A DNA stretch of 63,153 bases, filler included, from Hyphochytrium catenoides (lineage: Eukaryota; Protista; Hyphochytriomycota), in NCBI GenBank assembly GCA_900088475.1. It is 13 parts of 13 records of this genome, joined end to end, with 100 filler letters (N's around TTAATTAATTAA, not from the genome) between each part and the next. Parts side by side here need not be neighbours in the genome. Positions count along the whole stretch, not along the records: positions 4,552 to 21,608 come from FLMG01000364.1; positions 21,709 to 26,215 come from FLMG01002046.1; 11 more parts are not named here. The stretch is one strand, 5' to 3'. A program made the translations under genes and the position numbers. The first letter of the stretch is position 1. Every line of letters begins with the position of its first letter. Below the pieces are notes generated by a model, which saw only the letters and a list, made by a program, of their open reading frames with translations, ran no database searches and was not told the origin of the DNA. Shown here piece after piece: positions 11,619 through 23,384 of the stretch.

Positions 11619-14600
11619 ATGGAGACGCTCTTCAAGCGCGTAGCGGCCTCGATATGCGAGGGAAGAGTGCAGGAGGACCACTGCCAGTCCTGCCTGGCGA
11701 GGGTGGAGAAGAATCAAACCTTCGTCCTCTCGTTCCTTGAAAAGATCTCTCTTCTCCTGCAGCTCAATTCGGAGGAATGCAGGTTAAGTGACGTTCAGGC
11801 CTGCGCCGGGCTGGGGTACGTGCTGCGGCTGCTGGAGGCTGTGAATGTTGAGGAGACAATCCATTCCGCAGACTTCCGCTCCGTTTTCCAGCCTTGGTAT
11901 CGCCTTGTTCTCTCCTCTCTCTCTTCCCATCACAGAGGTCTGCAGGAGGCGGTAGTGCAAATTCTTCCTCGCCTGCTCCCTGGAGAGATCGGCAGGCTGG
12001 AATATCTGGTGCACACCTGTGCTCTGGCGCCCTTCCGCTTGACGCCGCTGCAGGACTCGCTCGTGTTCCGTGTGCTCGCCAAGCACGCAGAGAGCCATGG
12101 GAAGGAGTTCTTGGACGTGGCACATCGTTTCATGAAATCCGAGAACATTGCGCTCCAGAGCGGGGTGCTTACGATGGTGGGCCACATGCTGCAGCAGGAA
12201 GAGTTTGACGTCGGAAATGTTCTAGATTCGGACTTTCTAAAGAGTTTGCTGGTACGCTTGGGGAGGCAGGAAGAGGACGTCGTCTCCTTCACGGTGGCTC
12301 TGTGGGTCTTAGTCATCCTCCTTCCGTCCCTCTCCCAAACCCTCTCTTCTCTCCGCGAGACCTTGCAGGAAATCCTGTGGAGGGCCTTAGAACTGACAAG
12401 CGTCTCTTGTCATTCTCTCTCTCGTTCGGTTGAAAGAGCAAGGGCTTTTGGAAAAGCGGGAGACAAAAGGAAGATAGACAGAGACCTTGCAGAGAAGAAG
12501 ATTGAGAAAGAAGACCATGGGAAGGCATCTCTTGAAAGGGAAAGCGTACGGGAGGAAGGAGAAGGTGGTCTGTATCTTCTCTCCCATGAGGAGGAGCTGT
12601 CTAGCACGGTCCAAAAATATGTGGTCCATCTCTATGCAGTCTTTCCGCGAAGTACTCTCCACACCCTCCAGCGCTTCCATGCCGCGTCAATCACTCTGCC
12701 TGTGCAACCAAACCCTAAGTGTCTCTCTCTTTCGGAAGCCCTAGTCAAGGATCTACGCTTCCATCCTGGCCTCCTCTCTCCGCAGGACGAGGAGGGAGAA
12801 AAACCACAAAGAACATCGGCGGAGTCGATACAGAGTGCGCTGGAAGAGCTAGTGATAAGCTCTCCGAGCGTTGCAACTCTACCTCTTCTTCCCTCCTTTT
12901 CACCACGACAAGCAGGAGAAGAGAAGGAGACAGAAGGCAAAACACTAGAGCGAGAAGCCTCTTTCATGGATCAGATCTTTCAACAATGTCGCGGCCTTTC
13001 TCTTGCTATGACTTTCAGTGATGGCAGGAAAGAGTCCTTCGCACCTTCGTCTGTTGAAAGCCCTCTCGCGCTGCCTCCCGAGTCCGTCGCGCTACTCATT
13101 CAACGCCTTTTGCTGCTCAGCAATGAGCTAGCGTACGAGCGATACATTGTTCAGGACTGCTGGAGGCAGCTGAGGCAAAGAAACAGGTCGATTTTCCTGG
13201 ATGACTTGCTCCTTTCTCCCTCAGTGCTATCCTGCCTGCCGCTTGCTTCTCCGTCTGCCTTGGCCCCTTTAGTTCCCTTCTTGATGTGGCAGTATCTACT
13301 CTTTCTCAGGTCACATGCTTGACCCTAGCCCTACCCTACTTTCCAGGAGTTAATTGCGATCGTATCGCCCGTCCATATCTCTGTGCTTTCAGCCCAGTTT
13401 GGAGCTGTCGGTGTAGATCACCTTTCCTAGTGTCCAGTGACTCCTAACTTGCCTGCTGGTGATCCTTAGATATTTCCCTGCAATGTTGTGGCTTTGTAGT
13501 CAGGTGCCATCTCTTCGCCTTCTCTTTATCTACCTCGAGTCATTGTTAATGTCAGCTATGCTGCTTCCTTTGTTCCTCATCTTAGGCACGAAAGAGCTCG
13601 GGAATCGCTGGAGCATGAGAACAAGGCGCTGCGGGAAGAGCTGGCGCGACAGCAGCAACATGCAAAGAAGCTAAAAGCTGCAGCAAACAGGCAAAGAGAT
13701 GAGCTCAACGCCTTCGAGGAGCAACAGAGGAGGTGGCAACATGAGGTGCAGGTGAGGAGGGCGGTCAATAATTATCTGGTATAAGGAGGGCACAGGTTGC
13801 ATCCGTTGAAAGAGAATGAACCTTTTACGAGGACACCAGACGCCAACCCAAGGTGACCTCCGGAGAGAGTGAATGGGCAGTTGAGAAGCGAAAGCAGTGA
13901 TTCACGAGCTGACCTTCATCCCGCCCGCTCTATATGTAGGATAAGCTATCGCTTCTCTCGTCGAACCTCTCGTCTTTGCAAAAAGAAGGAGTCGTGCTCA
14001 AAGGTGATGCTGAAGCAGCCCAGCGCCGGTCGATGAGCTTAGAGCAGCAGCTTGGTGCGGCACTGGGTCATGGGCAGCAGCTGCTGGCAGCCTTGAAAGG
14101 CCGAGGAGCAGAGGAAAGGAAACTGAAAGAGTGCCAACAGCAGGTTCAGGAGCTCACGAGGGTAAGGAATCCGGAATAGAGTCAGAGTGGGAAGAGCTTC
14201 TTTGTCTGAATAGTGAAGAAGCTGTGACGACCACCTTGAGGGCTGAGGAAGAGCGCAGGAGGAAAGGGCCGCCTTCAGTGTCTCTTTGCGCGGGCCTCGC
14301 CTGCCCCGGATGCTGGCTCGGGATGTACTTACTTACGGGACCATGGCTCTGCCCTTGTGTGCGGTCTCACAGCGTCAGTTGTGATTTCCCCATGTTTCTT
14401 CATCGTAGATGGAAGCTTTGCCCTAGCCATCGCCCTGCTTCTCTTCCCCTATTTGTCCAGTTTATTAACCCGTTACCCTCTGCCCCTTGTCTCCTCCCCC
14501 TACATCTTCGTTCTTCCTGTCCTGTATCTTCTTCCTCCATCTTTGGTGAACAGGAGCTGTTTGGCTGGGAAGCCCACCACCGTCTCTATATCGAGAGTTC

Positions 14601-16417
14601 GGCCAGCTGCGAGCTGCAGGACAAGGATGAGCTCATTTGCGTCCTCACGCAGAAACTGAAGGAAAGAGAGGGCGAGGATGGAGCCAGAGCGCTGACCCGC
14701 GTGCTTATCCCTCCTCAACTACCTGCCTCTGCTCAAACTTCCTCTGCCTTGAAGAGCTACGAAAGAGACACAGCAGAGAAAGAAGCAAAAGACACAATTC
14801 CCTCTAAGCTGGATGAGACTGCCCAAGAAGTGGGAAGAGATGAGTCCCCTGCTTCGATATCCTCCACAATGTCTCTGAGCATGAGGCAGCTCGCGCCATC
14901 GAGTGAAGGAGGTGAGTATAGTGGTCGCGACGATGTTGATCTCCAGCTGCGGGAGGGAGTGCCTGGGGTACCAGGGACAGATACCGTTGAGCATACTTCC
15001 TCCTTGTCTTCATTTCGTACGAAGAAAGTCAGAGGTGAGTGTGCGCTGTTCTATCTCGTGCTATTTGAGTGCATGCCTTGTTACTCCGCTCCGGTCGCTT
15101 CTCTCATCTCTTAGAATGTAGTTTCCCTCTCTAACGCTTTTTGTTCTTCCTTTCTTGAATTTGCACGGGCATGGCAGGCCTTGGCCTAGGCGCCGGTTTA
15201 GGCATCTCGGTCACCGTAGACGCCGCGCCTCAACCTGTCGTTACTCCACTGTCGTCCTCCGCTGCTCGGCGCAGCGGCCAAAGCTTCAAGAAAAGCAGTG
15301 GCATGGATCGGATCTTGCAAGTCTCCCCCTCCATTGCTTCTCTGGATAACAGAATGAGGGACGATCCAAGCTCCGTTAGTCAGATAGCCGAGCTGGAGAC
15401 CACAGTGGCCAATCAGGTGCTTTATCTCTTACTCTGCCGTTGCTCTTTAGTCTGGAATGCTTTAGCATTGTCACATCTGATGCCCAAGTCCTCTTTCCCG
15501 TTTCCCGTCTAAGCTGTCCAACCGCCCGGCCGTTCCTCTAGCTGAGCCTGTGCTACCGTCCCTGGGTTCTTGTCCTCATCCTCACCCATGCGGTCGCTCT
15601 CTCTCTCGCCGTCCTTCTACAGCGAGAAACAATTAATCGGCTCCACGACCTCCTCCATCAGCACCAAATGGCCTCAGAGGAAGACGCGAAAGTGGCGGCA
15701 GCGAGGTACAAAGAGCTTCGCAACTTCAACAAAGCGCTCGAGGTAAAGAGACAGGGAGGCGAACGAAAAGGCTGAGGAAAAGAAATACATCCTTCTCTCA
15801 GCGGCTGGGCAGATGCTGCTTTTTGTGGTGTTCCTCGGTCCTCTCTATCTATTCCCATCTCGGTTGCCTGAGGTTCTATATCTCCGCCCTGGTATAAGAG
15901 AAGGTCAAGAACTTATAACATCTTTCCTTTTGCCTTTGACTGAATCTAACTCCACCCTCCAATGGTGATCTGCTGCTTTGTGTGGATCCTTGGGCTATTG
16001 CAGTTCTGGCTTCCTAATCCCTGTCCTGCTGTCGTTTTCTAATTATTCCCGCAGAATCGGATCCTCCAGCTAGTCAATGAGAGAATAGCCACCGGAATCT
16101 TTCCTTCCACGCGCCCTTCCTCCCTTTCTTATTCTTCACAAACCTCCGTCGGGGACAAAACTGTGTCAGAGAAGGGAATTGGAACAATGAAAAGAAGCGA
16201 TGATGAAGAGGACAACCTTCTTCCCCCCTCGCTTCGCCCTGCCCTGGAATTGGACCCGAGCAGCAGCGGGAGAGGACCCATCGATCGGTTGCAAGGGATG
16301 CTGAACGGTATTATCCCTAGCAGAAGGGGCAGAGGAGTAGTTGAGAGAGAGCTCACGGGAATAGAAGGTGAATACGAGGCTCCTGGGGATACGGAAACAA
16401 AGGAAGGCAAAAGATGA
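11619..16417 (+). CDS. TSC1: Hamartin / TSC1 homolog (N-terminal helical domain plus C-terminal coiled coil), about 7 exons
   Basis: ALWVLVILLP, VHLYAVFP, LRFHPGLL, LLLLSNELAYERY and RYKELRNFNKALENRILQL parallel, in order, human TSC1 LVLITMLP, HRLYGMYP, VRIHPELV, LLLHNQLLYERF and RYEAQKRITQVFELEILDL (human motifs recalled). Coiled-coil exons at about 13586-13751, 13941-14161, 14554-15035, 15177-15416, 15624-15742, 16056-16417. The true start may lie upstream. Confidence 0.82.
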
Positions 16418-16949
16418 AGGATATGGCTCCGACCTGACCTTCCTGCTATCTGCTAATGCTAATGTGATATTTATTAGTCCTCTTCCCTTCTATCGACCAC
16501 GTAGTCTAACATCGAGGAGGGCGGCAACCCGTCCAAGAGCAATCCTCAGGACGCTTGGCGATTGCAAATATCGTCTCTGCTATCTCCTTCCGTCATCGAG
16601 AGCTACACTCTCCCCTAAAGACGAAGCTAGGTGCGTGGTAGGCACACTTTAGCAGCAGAACGCAAGACTCCAGGATGAGGCCGCAGTGTGCGGAGGATAG
16701 GAGTAGCTAATGGTCTCTAATATTGCTCTCCTTAGTATTGAGGAGCTTGTCTGTATGATCTATAATGCTTATATCCATCCTTCTGATACGGAACATAATA
16801 ATGGTAAGCGTATCGCCAGTTCTCGCACAATCAAGGGGCAGCCGGAAGGTTCCCTTCAGCAAGCAGACTTCTGCTAGCCGTGATTGCTACCGAGCGCCTA
16901 AACTTGGTGGTTCTGCTCGAAGGTCGGGAGCATCTGGGCCTGTGGAGCG

Positions 16950-18470
16950 AGCCCGTGCGCAAAGCAGAAGATCCAGAATAGAAGGAAGGAAGGGTTCAAA
17001 TAATTCGCCCTCCGATAATGCCATAGGAATTCCGTACATTATGCCATAGGATGCATGTTCCAAGGGGCTGCAACACCACCTTATTGGCGCTAATCAGGCG
17101 ATCGGAGCGTCTCTGCTTCCTAGATGACTCTTATCCTCATCATATCCAGCGGGCCCCTAGATAGTTGCAGCCTCAGTGCACCTAGAGCGTTGGCATCCAG
17201 GGCTTGCTCCACTCGTCCTTGTTTGTATCACCACTGGAATCCGTTAGAAGCTCACCATGCCACTACTGCTGCTTGCTGGGACTAGTGAGATTGATCGGTA
17301 CGGGTCCTTCGTCATCACGTATTGCGAAGTAATGGCAGGTGCCACCACCATGGTGAATTCAACATTCTAATCTAGTGCGTAGCTGGCAAGGATTACGGGG
17401 GAAGCAACAGCCCTCCTTCTGTACTCGACCGCCTGTCCGCAAGGAAGGGCAGTAGAAACAAGAAGGAAGGAAAGAGCTCAGTAGTTCGGACGATCGAAGG
17501 AGAACGAGCTTGTATTTGTTTGTAAGGGGAGGACGAGGCTGAGGGCGAAGGAGAAATAAGACACATCTGCGAAGGTGACTATCTACCCCAGCCTTATTAC
17601 CATCCGTTCCATTACCTTCCTTCTTCTCCTTTGACGTGGGTATGACAGCTGCAGTGGTGGTGGCGCGCACATGACATGAAGTCCATTGGTAATACTACCG
17701 CTGCGCAAGTACTCTGGTCGTGTTGTCCAATCTTCTGACGAACATGTAGTGCTGCAAGGTTTGGTCTCCTGTTAGCTACCTGAGACTTACTATGGTTCTG
17801 CAATCTTATTGCTATATTTATTTGTTATAAATAAGAAGAAGTAGAAGACGAAGAAAAGGAAAGAGGAGGAGGAGAAGAAGAAGGAGAAGAATAAGAAAAT
17901 GAAAATGAAAAAGTGACAAGAGTTACATAGCCCTCGACTCTTCGACACGATCTCCTCCTCCATCATCAGTGTCGGAAGAGCAAGAAGAATCAAAGTTGAA
18001 CACTTCCCCACTAATGATAGGAGACGAATGAGGGAAAGAAGAAGAGGGGTTGCGCCCGAGACCATCATCATCATGATTCAGGCTCAATCATGCAAGCAAG
18101 AGCGGGGTCCAACTGCTGGATCGGAATGCGTTTCACAATCTGTAGCGCATTCTCTTCTTGAATCGCGAAATAGATTCTGATATGAAGATTCAGAGCCGCC
18201 TTTTTTTCTAACCGAGACCAATGATCAAGAGGACGGGAAGCCTCAAGAGTGGCACGATCACACTGAAGCTTAACCAGCTGTTGCACAGCGTCCAGGACGA
18301 CATAGGGCATACCACCACCAAAAGACTCCCAGACAGCGGCACAAACTGTAGCCCCACAGGTTGACAGGGACCACCCATACTTCCTCCACTTCGCTTTCTC
18401 AGACAAACGACCTTGATACCCCGCAGCATGGGTTGCTGCATAGGGAAGGCTTCTGGATTGCAGTGACAAA
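16950..18470 (-). mobile_element. Highly decayed Copia-like gag/integrase remnant
   Basis: WSRLEKKAALNLHIRIYFAIQEENALQIVK resembles a Copia gag N-terminus. There are weak integrase C-terminal-like fragments near 17000-17300, with many stops and frameshifts. Confidence 0.35.
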
Positions 18471-19283
18471 TGTTAACTCTGCTGTTATTCCCTACGACAG
18501 CCGAAGAAGATCGCTTCCCTCCTACGATATCATCATCACCACCGTCCTTTGGTTGTTCCCTTGCCTACTAACCTCCTTCGCCCCTTCTCCTTCTTCTCCT
18601 TCTTCAGCTTCTGACAGCTGCTTCCAGCCGCTAACTCCTCTGCGCTCTCAATGCTTCTACGCTCTCCATGAGACCTCTGTAGGTCTGTATGGCTCCAAGC
18701 ATCATCTCCAAGTTGTAGCACTGGAATTGCCAAATCCCTCCGTCCTCCTTCTTGTAGCTTAGTGAGTACAAGTCACGTACAGAGGCTACTATGTATGGAG
18801 ATATACTTGGTCAACTTGTAACGGACCGGGAAAGAAGCTGTTGCCTACCTAACCTCATGGACCTTAGTCAAGTGAGGTCAGCGAACACTCCACCGGGCTC
18901 AAGTGGTGACTACTTTACTCTGGCATAGGAAACCTTAGGCTAAGAAGTTAACCTCTGCGTCTCTTATGAATATACCTGGACTCTCTCAATCTGAAGGGTC
19001 AGCAGTTACTGTGCTGTGCTGACAAATTTGTAGAGCTGGACTGATGAATGCTTGAGCTCTTAAAAAGCTCTCAGTTCCAGACTCTACCTTAAGAAAAAGA
19101 GGGAGAAGACACGAAACAAAGTGTTTCAGAGGTATAGTACGTAGGCTAGTATCACAAGGTGAGTCATCATGGGAAGTGAAGAAACAGTAACTGGATCTTG
19201 TAGATAATACAAGACACAATTACTAAGTAGATCAATCAACNNNNNNNNNNNNNNNNNNNNNNNNNNNNNNNNNNNNNNNNNNN

Positions 19284-19790
19284 GACACTGTTTTCCTAGT
19301 TTTTAGGTTGTCTAGTTGTTCTATTTAGAAACTTCACTTCCATGATGACTTACCTTGTGATAATAGACGTAGTTACTATAACTCTGAAACACTTTGTTCT
19401 GTGTCTTCTCCGTCTTGTGAGGTAGAGTCTGGAACTGAGAGTTTTTAAGTGCTTCTGTCAGCTTCGGCTCTCAACACCTCACGGCACCTCCTCGAGTGTC
19501 CGTCGGCCTCCGTCTTGTCCTTCCCCGGAAGGTAGACTTTGTCTCACTCAAGTGGATATGCTAATTCCGAATTCTGGAAGAACTTCTCGGAACCGAGGTG
19601 CTGGTAACACCTTTGGAGAATTCGGCAGTCATCTTCTTGGCTGGACAGTGTTGTAATTCCAAGAATTTGCGATTCATCTGAATTCTAACCACACAGTGCT
19701 TGACATCAATATATTTCGATTTTGGTCTTGGCATCTCGCAGACTGTTATTGTGCTCTTGTTATCTTGATGTGCGGAGATGGGTTTACTCA
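19284..19790 (-). mobile_element. Ty1/Copia 3' end: RNase H fragment plus LTR family A
   Basis: HQDNKSTITVCEMPRPKSKYIDVKHCVVR..LQHCPAKKMTAE, followed on the minus strand by LTR start TGTTGAGAGCC at 19476. Confidence 0.85.
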
Positions 19791-19879
19791 GTGTAAAATG
19801 TATGGGATTCGGAGACAATCTCATTGGAGGTTGCATGTCCTAAACCAATTACTAAGTAGATCAGCTATACGGCGGCATG

Positions 19880-21454
19880 ACTCTAGGAAATCAGGTCTGT
19901 GAGATATTGCGTGACAGAGGAAGTTGGACTAGTCACAAGAATCGAGTTGAGCTCTAATGATAGTAAAGAAAGCAATAAGAACAGTGAGTCTTCACTAGCG
20001 CCACAGCAACTTCTGTCAGCGATAAGAATGTCTTCTCCCGGGTGTGAGAAAAGTGAGACTGAGGGTCTCCTCTCATTAGGCTTAGCATGCAAAGGAAAGA
20101 CGAATAGGTCTTTCCTAACATAAAGTTCTACCCGAGAAAATGTATCATGTAGAGACAACAGAGCAAGGTCATGGAGGAGCCTGTGATAAGAGAGGAGGTG
20201 AGAGGAGAGAAAGCCCTTCTCTCCTGAAAGCTCTATCATGTTATGACTGCTGACTTGATCCTTGAACCTCTCCTGCAAACCTAGAAAGGCTCTCTACAAG
20301 TCTGTCTATTCTTCCCAGAGCAAATCCTTGTGTCCTTGTGCCAAAACCAAGAAGTTGAGGCAGCTCTTGCTAATAACAACAAATCTCGGTTGCTTATCCT
20401 GCTATGCTTGGGTAGGTGTCAAAGTCTGAAGCCTTCAAGTCCTAACGGATGGGTGAGACCAAGACTCCGTAGATCAAACGACGACACTCTGCACACTCCG
20501 TAGTAAAAATATGGCTAGAGTCCTCTGATGTTATCTACCGAATTTCCTTGTCGTTAACCATCCGTCACAGTATAGAGAGAGGATGAGCCGAACCTCAATT
20601 TCCAACCGATACAGATTGGGCGAATGATCTCAACGACAGGATATTCATCTCTGGCTACTCTTTTACTCTAGAGACCGGTGCTTTCAGTTGTAAGAAGCAA
20701 GACATAGCGGCCCTCTTCAACCAACACTGAAGGAGAGTGTATCTCACTTCGGACCGGAGCCAAACATGCAGAACACATCTCTCGTTTCTTACAGGAGCTT
20801 CAGTGTCCACTGATTGGACCCACCCTCGCACTTCAAGATAACAAGAGCACAATAACAGGCTGCGAGATGCCGAGACCAAAATCGAAATATATTGATGTCA
20901 AGCACTGTGTATTTAGGAATCAGGTGAATCGCAAAGTCTCGGAATTACAACACTGTCCAACACAGAAGATGACTGCCGACATACTCACAAAGGCGTTATC
21001 AGCACCTCAGTTCCAAGAACTTCTTCCGGAACTCGGAATTGTCCCCTTCACGTGCGTAAGACAAAGTCTACCTTGCTGGGAGGACAAAGCGGACGCCGAC
21101 GGACACTCGAGGAGTCTGGACGTGCCGGGAGGTGTTGAGAGCCGAAGCTGACAGAAGCACTTGAGAACTCTCAGTTCCAAACTCTACCTCACAAGAGGGA
21201 GAAGACACAAAACAAGGTGTTGGAGAGCTATAGTACGTAACTAGGCTATTTTCAGAAGGTAAGTCATTATGGAAAGTGAAGAAACAGTAATTGGGTCAGG
21301 TAGATGGTACAAGACACAGTTACTAATTAGAACAAACTAGACACCATGATAACTAGGAAAACAAGGTCCCATAAGCTCTCCATATCCATTCTGTCCATAA
21401 TAGTTGACTACATAACCTAAATAGGAATGTCTTCACTATCCCACACATTACACA
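19880..21454 (+). mobile_element. Decayed Ty1/Copia RT-RNase H, PPT and 3' LTR (family A, 21133-21454)
   Basis: TDWANDLNDRIFISGYSFTL..KKQ (RNase H start, about 20610), SKYIDVKH..HCPTQKMTADILTKAL, PPT GGGAGG, then TGTTGAGAGCC...ACA. Confidence 0.88.
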
Positions 21455-21760
21455 ATGGAGAGTTTATGGGACCCCTGTTTATCTAGAGTTCATGTCGCAT
21501 GAGGTCCAGAGAGTGCCTCGCGGACTGTTTTCGGTTCAGAGACATGCAGAATAGCCCTGAAATACTGGAAAAGAGAGAGAGTCTTCTTGTAGCAGTCTAT
21601 CACGACTANNNNNNNNNNNNNNNNNNNNNNNNNNNNNNNNNNNNNNNNNNNNTTAATTAATTAANNNNNNNNNNNNNNNNNNNNNNNNNNNNNNNNNNNN
21701 NNNNNNNNAGGACAAGGCGGAGACCGACGGACACTCAGGAAGTCTGGACCTGCGGGAAGG

Positions 21761-22406
21761 TGTTGAGAACAGAAGCTGACAAGAGCTCTAGAAGGCTCAC
21801 AGTTCCAGACTCTATCTGACAACAGGAAGAAGGCACTGTTGGAGTCTGAGGACACAGCTATGTGGACTACAAGCTGGCAAGCTTAACTACCCAAGTTTCA
21901 GCTCTAAACTCCCAGTAGAAGCCGAGATACGAAGCAAACGAATTGTCCCTAGTTATATCTATGGCTTATGGTCAGTACCCCGGAATACCTTCAGGACTGA
22001 CTATTCTAGACAGGGATATTTTCTATAACTCCATATCTTAGGGTTTATTCGTAATAGTTGGCATAGTCAGAATAGCTCTAGATTATGGGACCCCAGTTGG
22101 GCTTATAAGTCGAGCACTCTCATCTAATGACATTGTCCGATCATCCCATACAAGTCCAACAGGCACAAAACAAAGTGTTTCAGAGTTTGATAATTAGGGT
22201 TATTATCATCAGGTAAGTCATTATGTGACGTCAAGAAGTAGTAACTGGGTCTAGTAGTTTATACGAGACACAGTTACTCTCCAGAACAACTAGACAGCGT
22301 GATAACTAGGAAACAGGGTCCCATAAGCTCTTCATACTCACTTCGAGTATATCAGTAGACCACATAACTTAAATAAGAGTGTCTTCAAATCCCATACAGT
22401 ATAACA
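21761..22406 (+). mobile_element. LTR family A copy interrupted by a solo LTR of family B
   Basis: Homologous to 21133-21454 on both sides of the insert, and preceded by the purine tract GGGAAGG. Confidence 0.8.
21837..22161 (+). mobile_element. Solo LTR family B (325 bp) with 5-bp TSD GGCAC
   Basis: Termini TGTTGGAG...TCCAACA. GGCAC lies at both 21832-21836 and 22162-22166. Homologous copies at 24591-25164 (minus), 23385-23454 and about 25165-25330. Confidence 0.88.
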
Positions 22407-22734
22407 CACCCTACCTCTACCATGTCGGCCACCCTGACGGCATGATGATCGTTGACGGGGTGAGACAGAGGGGGTCAGCAGCCTGTATATATGTTAGGCT
22501 TAACGGAGGCTATAGTTAATATAAGACGGCTCGGGTCAGCTTGGGTCCCAATAGTAAATATTAGGCTTATGGACTCGAGTTCACACCCGAGCTGGAGAAG
22601 TTGGACTCGAGTCGGACTCAGGCCGAAATCGGACTCACGACCCATCACTACCAGTAGGGTCCCACAATCTAGACACTACCCTTTCAGGCTTAGAAGCCGA
22701 GCAGAAACTCATAATATAATTGTCTCCGAATCCC

Positions 22735-22990
22735 ATACATTCAACAGGTAGTAGATGGCTCAAGTCAGGGTTTTTATCCTCCCACATTCTATAAGGTGTA
22801 TTGGCGCGGAGCGATGATGTGGGATAGAGGTTTTCGGGCTGATTTGCGGCTTTAGGAGCTTCTCCCCAAAAGGATAAAGGAAGTTTCGCAGCGTGCAGCA
22901 TGCAGCGAGCGGATTGCACGAGAGTGCGTTGTTTTCCGTTCCGCAACACCGTTTTGTGCTGGCGAATACTTTGCTGTGAGTTCGTGTACT
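22735..22990 (-). mobile_element. Copia integrase fragment (frameshifted)
   Basis: Frameshifted QNGVAER-(K)-RTLVQSARCMLHAAKLPLSFWGEA..AAN...TPYRMWEDKNPDLSHL. Confidence 0.88.
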
Positions 22991-23067
22991 ATTCTCGTGC
23001 TTGGGAATACTTCTTAATAGCTTCAGAGCAGTATTCACCTCCTCGATCACTTCGGATTTCTGTAGTT

Positions 23068-23322
23068 TGCTGAAGTGCGACCGACGCTGGAACCAACAAT
23101 TGTACAGCGGACGACGCAGAGGGGAAAAAACCCTGGTACATAAACAAAACGGAGATTAGTTCAAGTGTACGTTTGGTGTATGGTGCATACTGGTTAGGAT
23201 GCCGGCATCAAAGACAGAGGTCCTGGGTTCGAATCCCGGAGCGTACAAAACTTTTCTCCGGTAAATCCAGACACTCCCCAATATTAGTTCAAGGTGCTCA
23301 CCACCAAATGATAAATCTAACA
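23068..23322. mobile_element. 255-bp solo-LTR-like element (family C) containing a tRNA-like sequence, 5-bp TSD TAGTT
   Basis: Termini TGCTGAA...CTAACA. TAGTT lies at both 23063-23067 and 23323-23327. A second copy of identical length is at 24810-25064. Confidence 0.85.
23167..23247 (+). ncRNA. tRNA-like / Pol III promoter unit inside element C (probably not a functional tRNA)
   Basis: Acceptor stem GTACGTT/AGCGTAC, box A-like TGGTGTATGG, variable loop AGGTC, T-arm CTGGG-TTCGAAT-CCCGG and downstream TTTT. The D region is extended and the anticodon stem does not pair canonically. Confidence 0.65.
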
Positions 23323-23384
23323 TAGTTTTACGTCCAGTTTTGTGTTTCTGCCAATCGAACAAAAGTGTCCAGACAGAAGCCGCG

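Noticed and set aside
23167-23247. UGA-suppressor or selenocysteine tRNA (TCA at the anticodon position)
   Set aside because: The anticodon stem is unpaired, U33 is absent, there is no long variable arm, the third copy reads TCG, and the unit sits in a mobile repeat.
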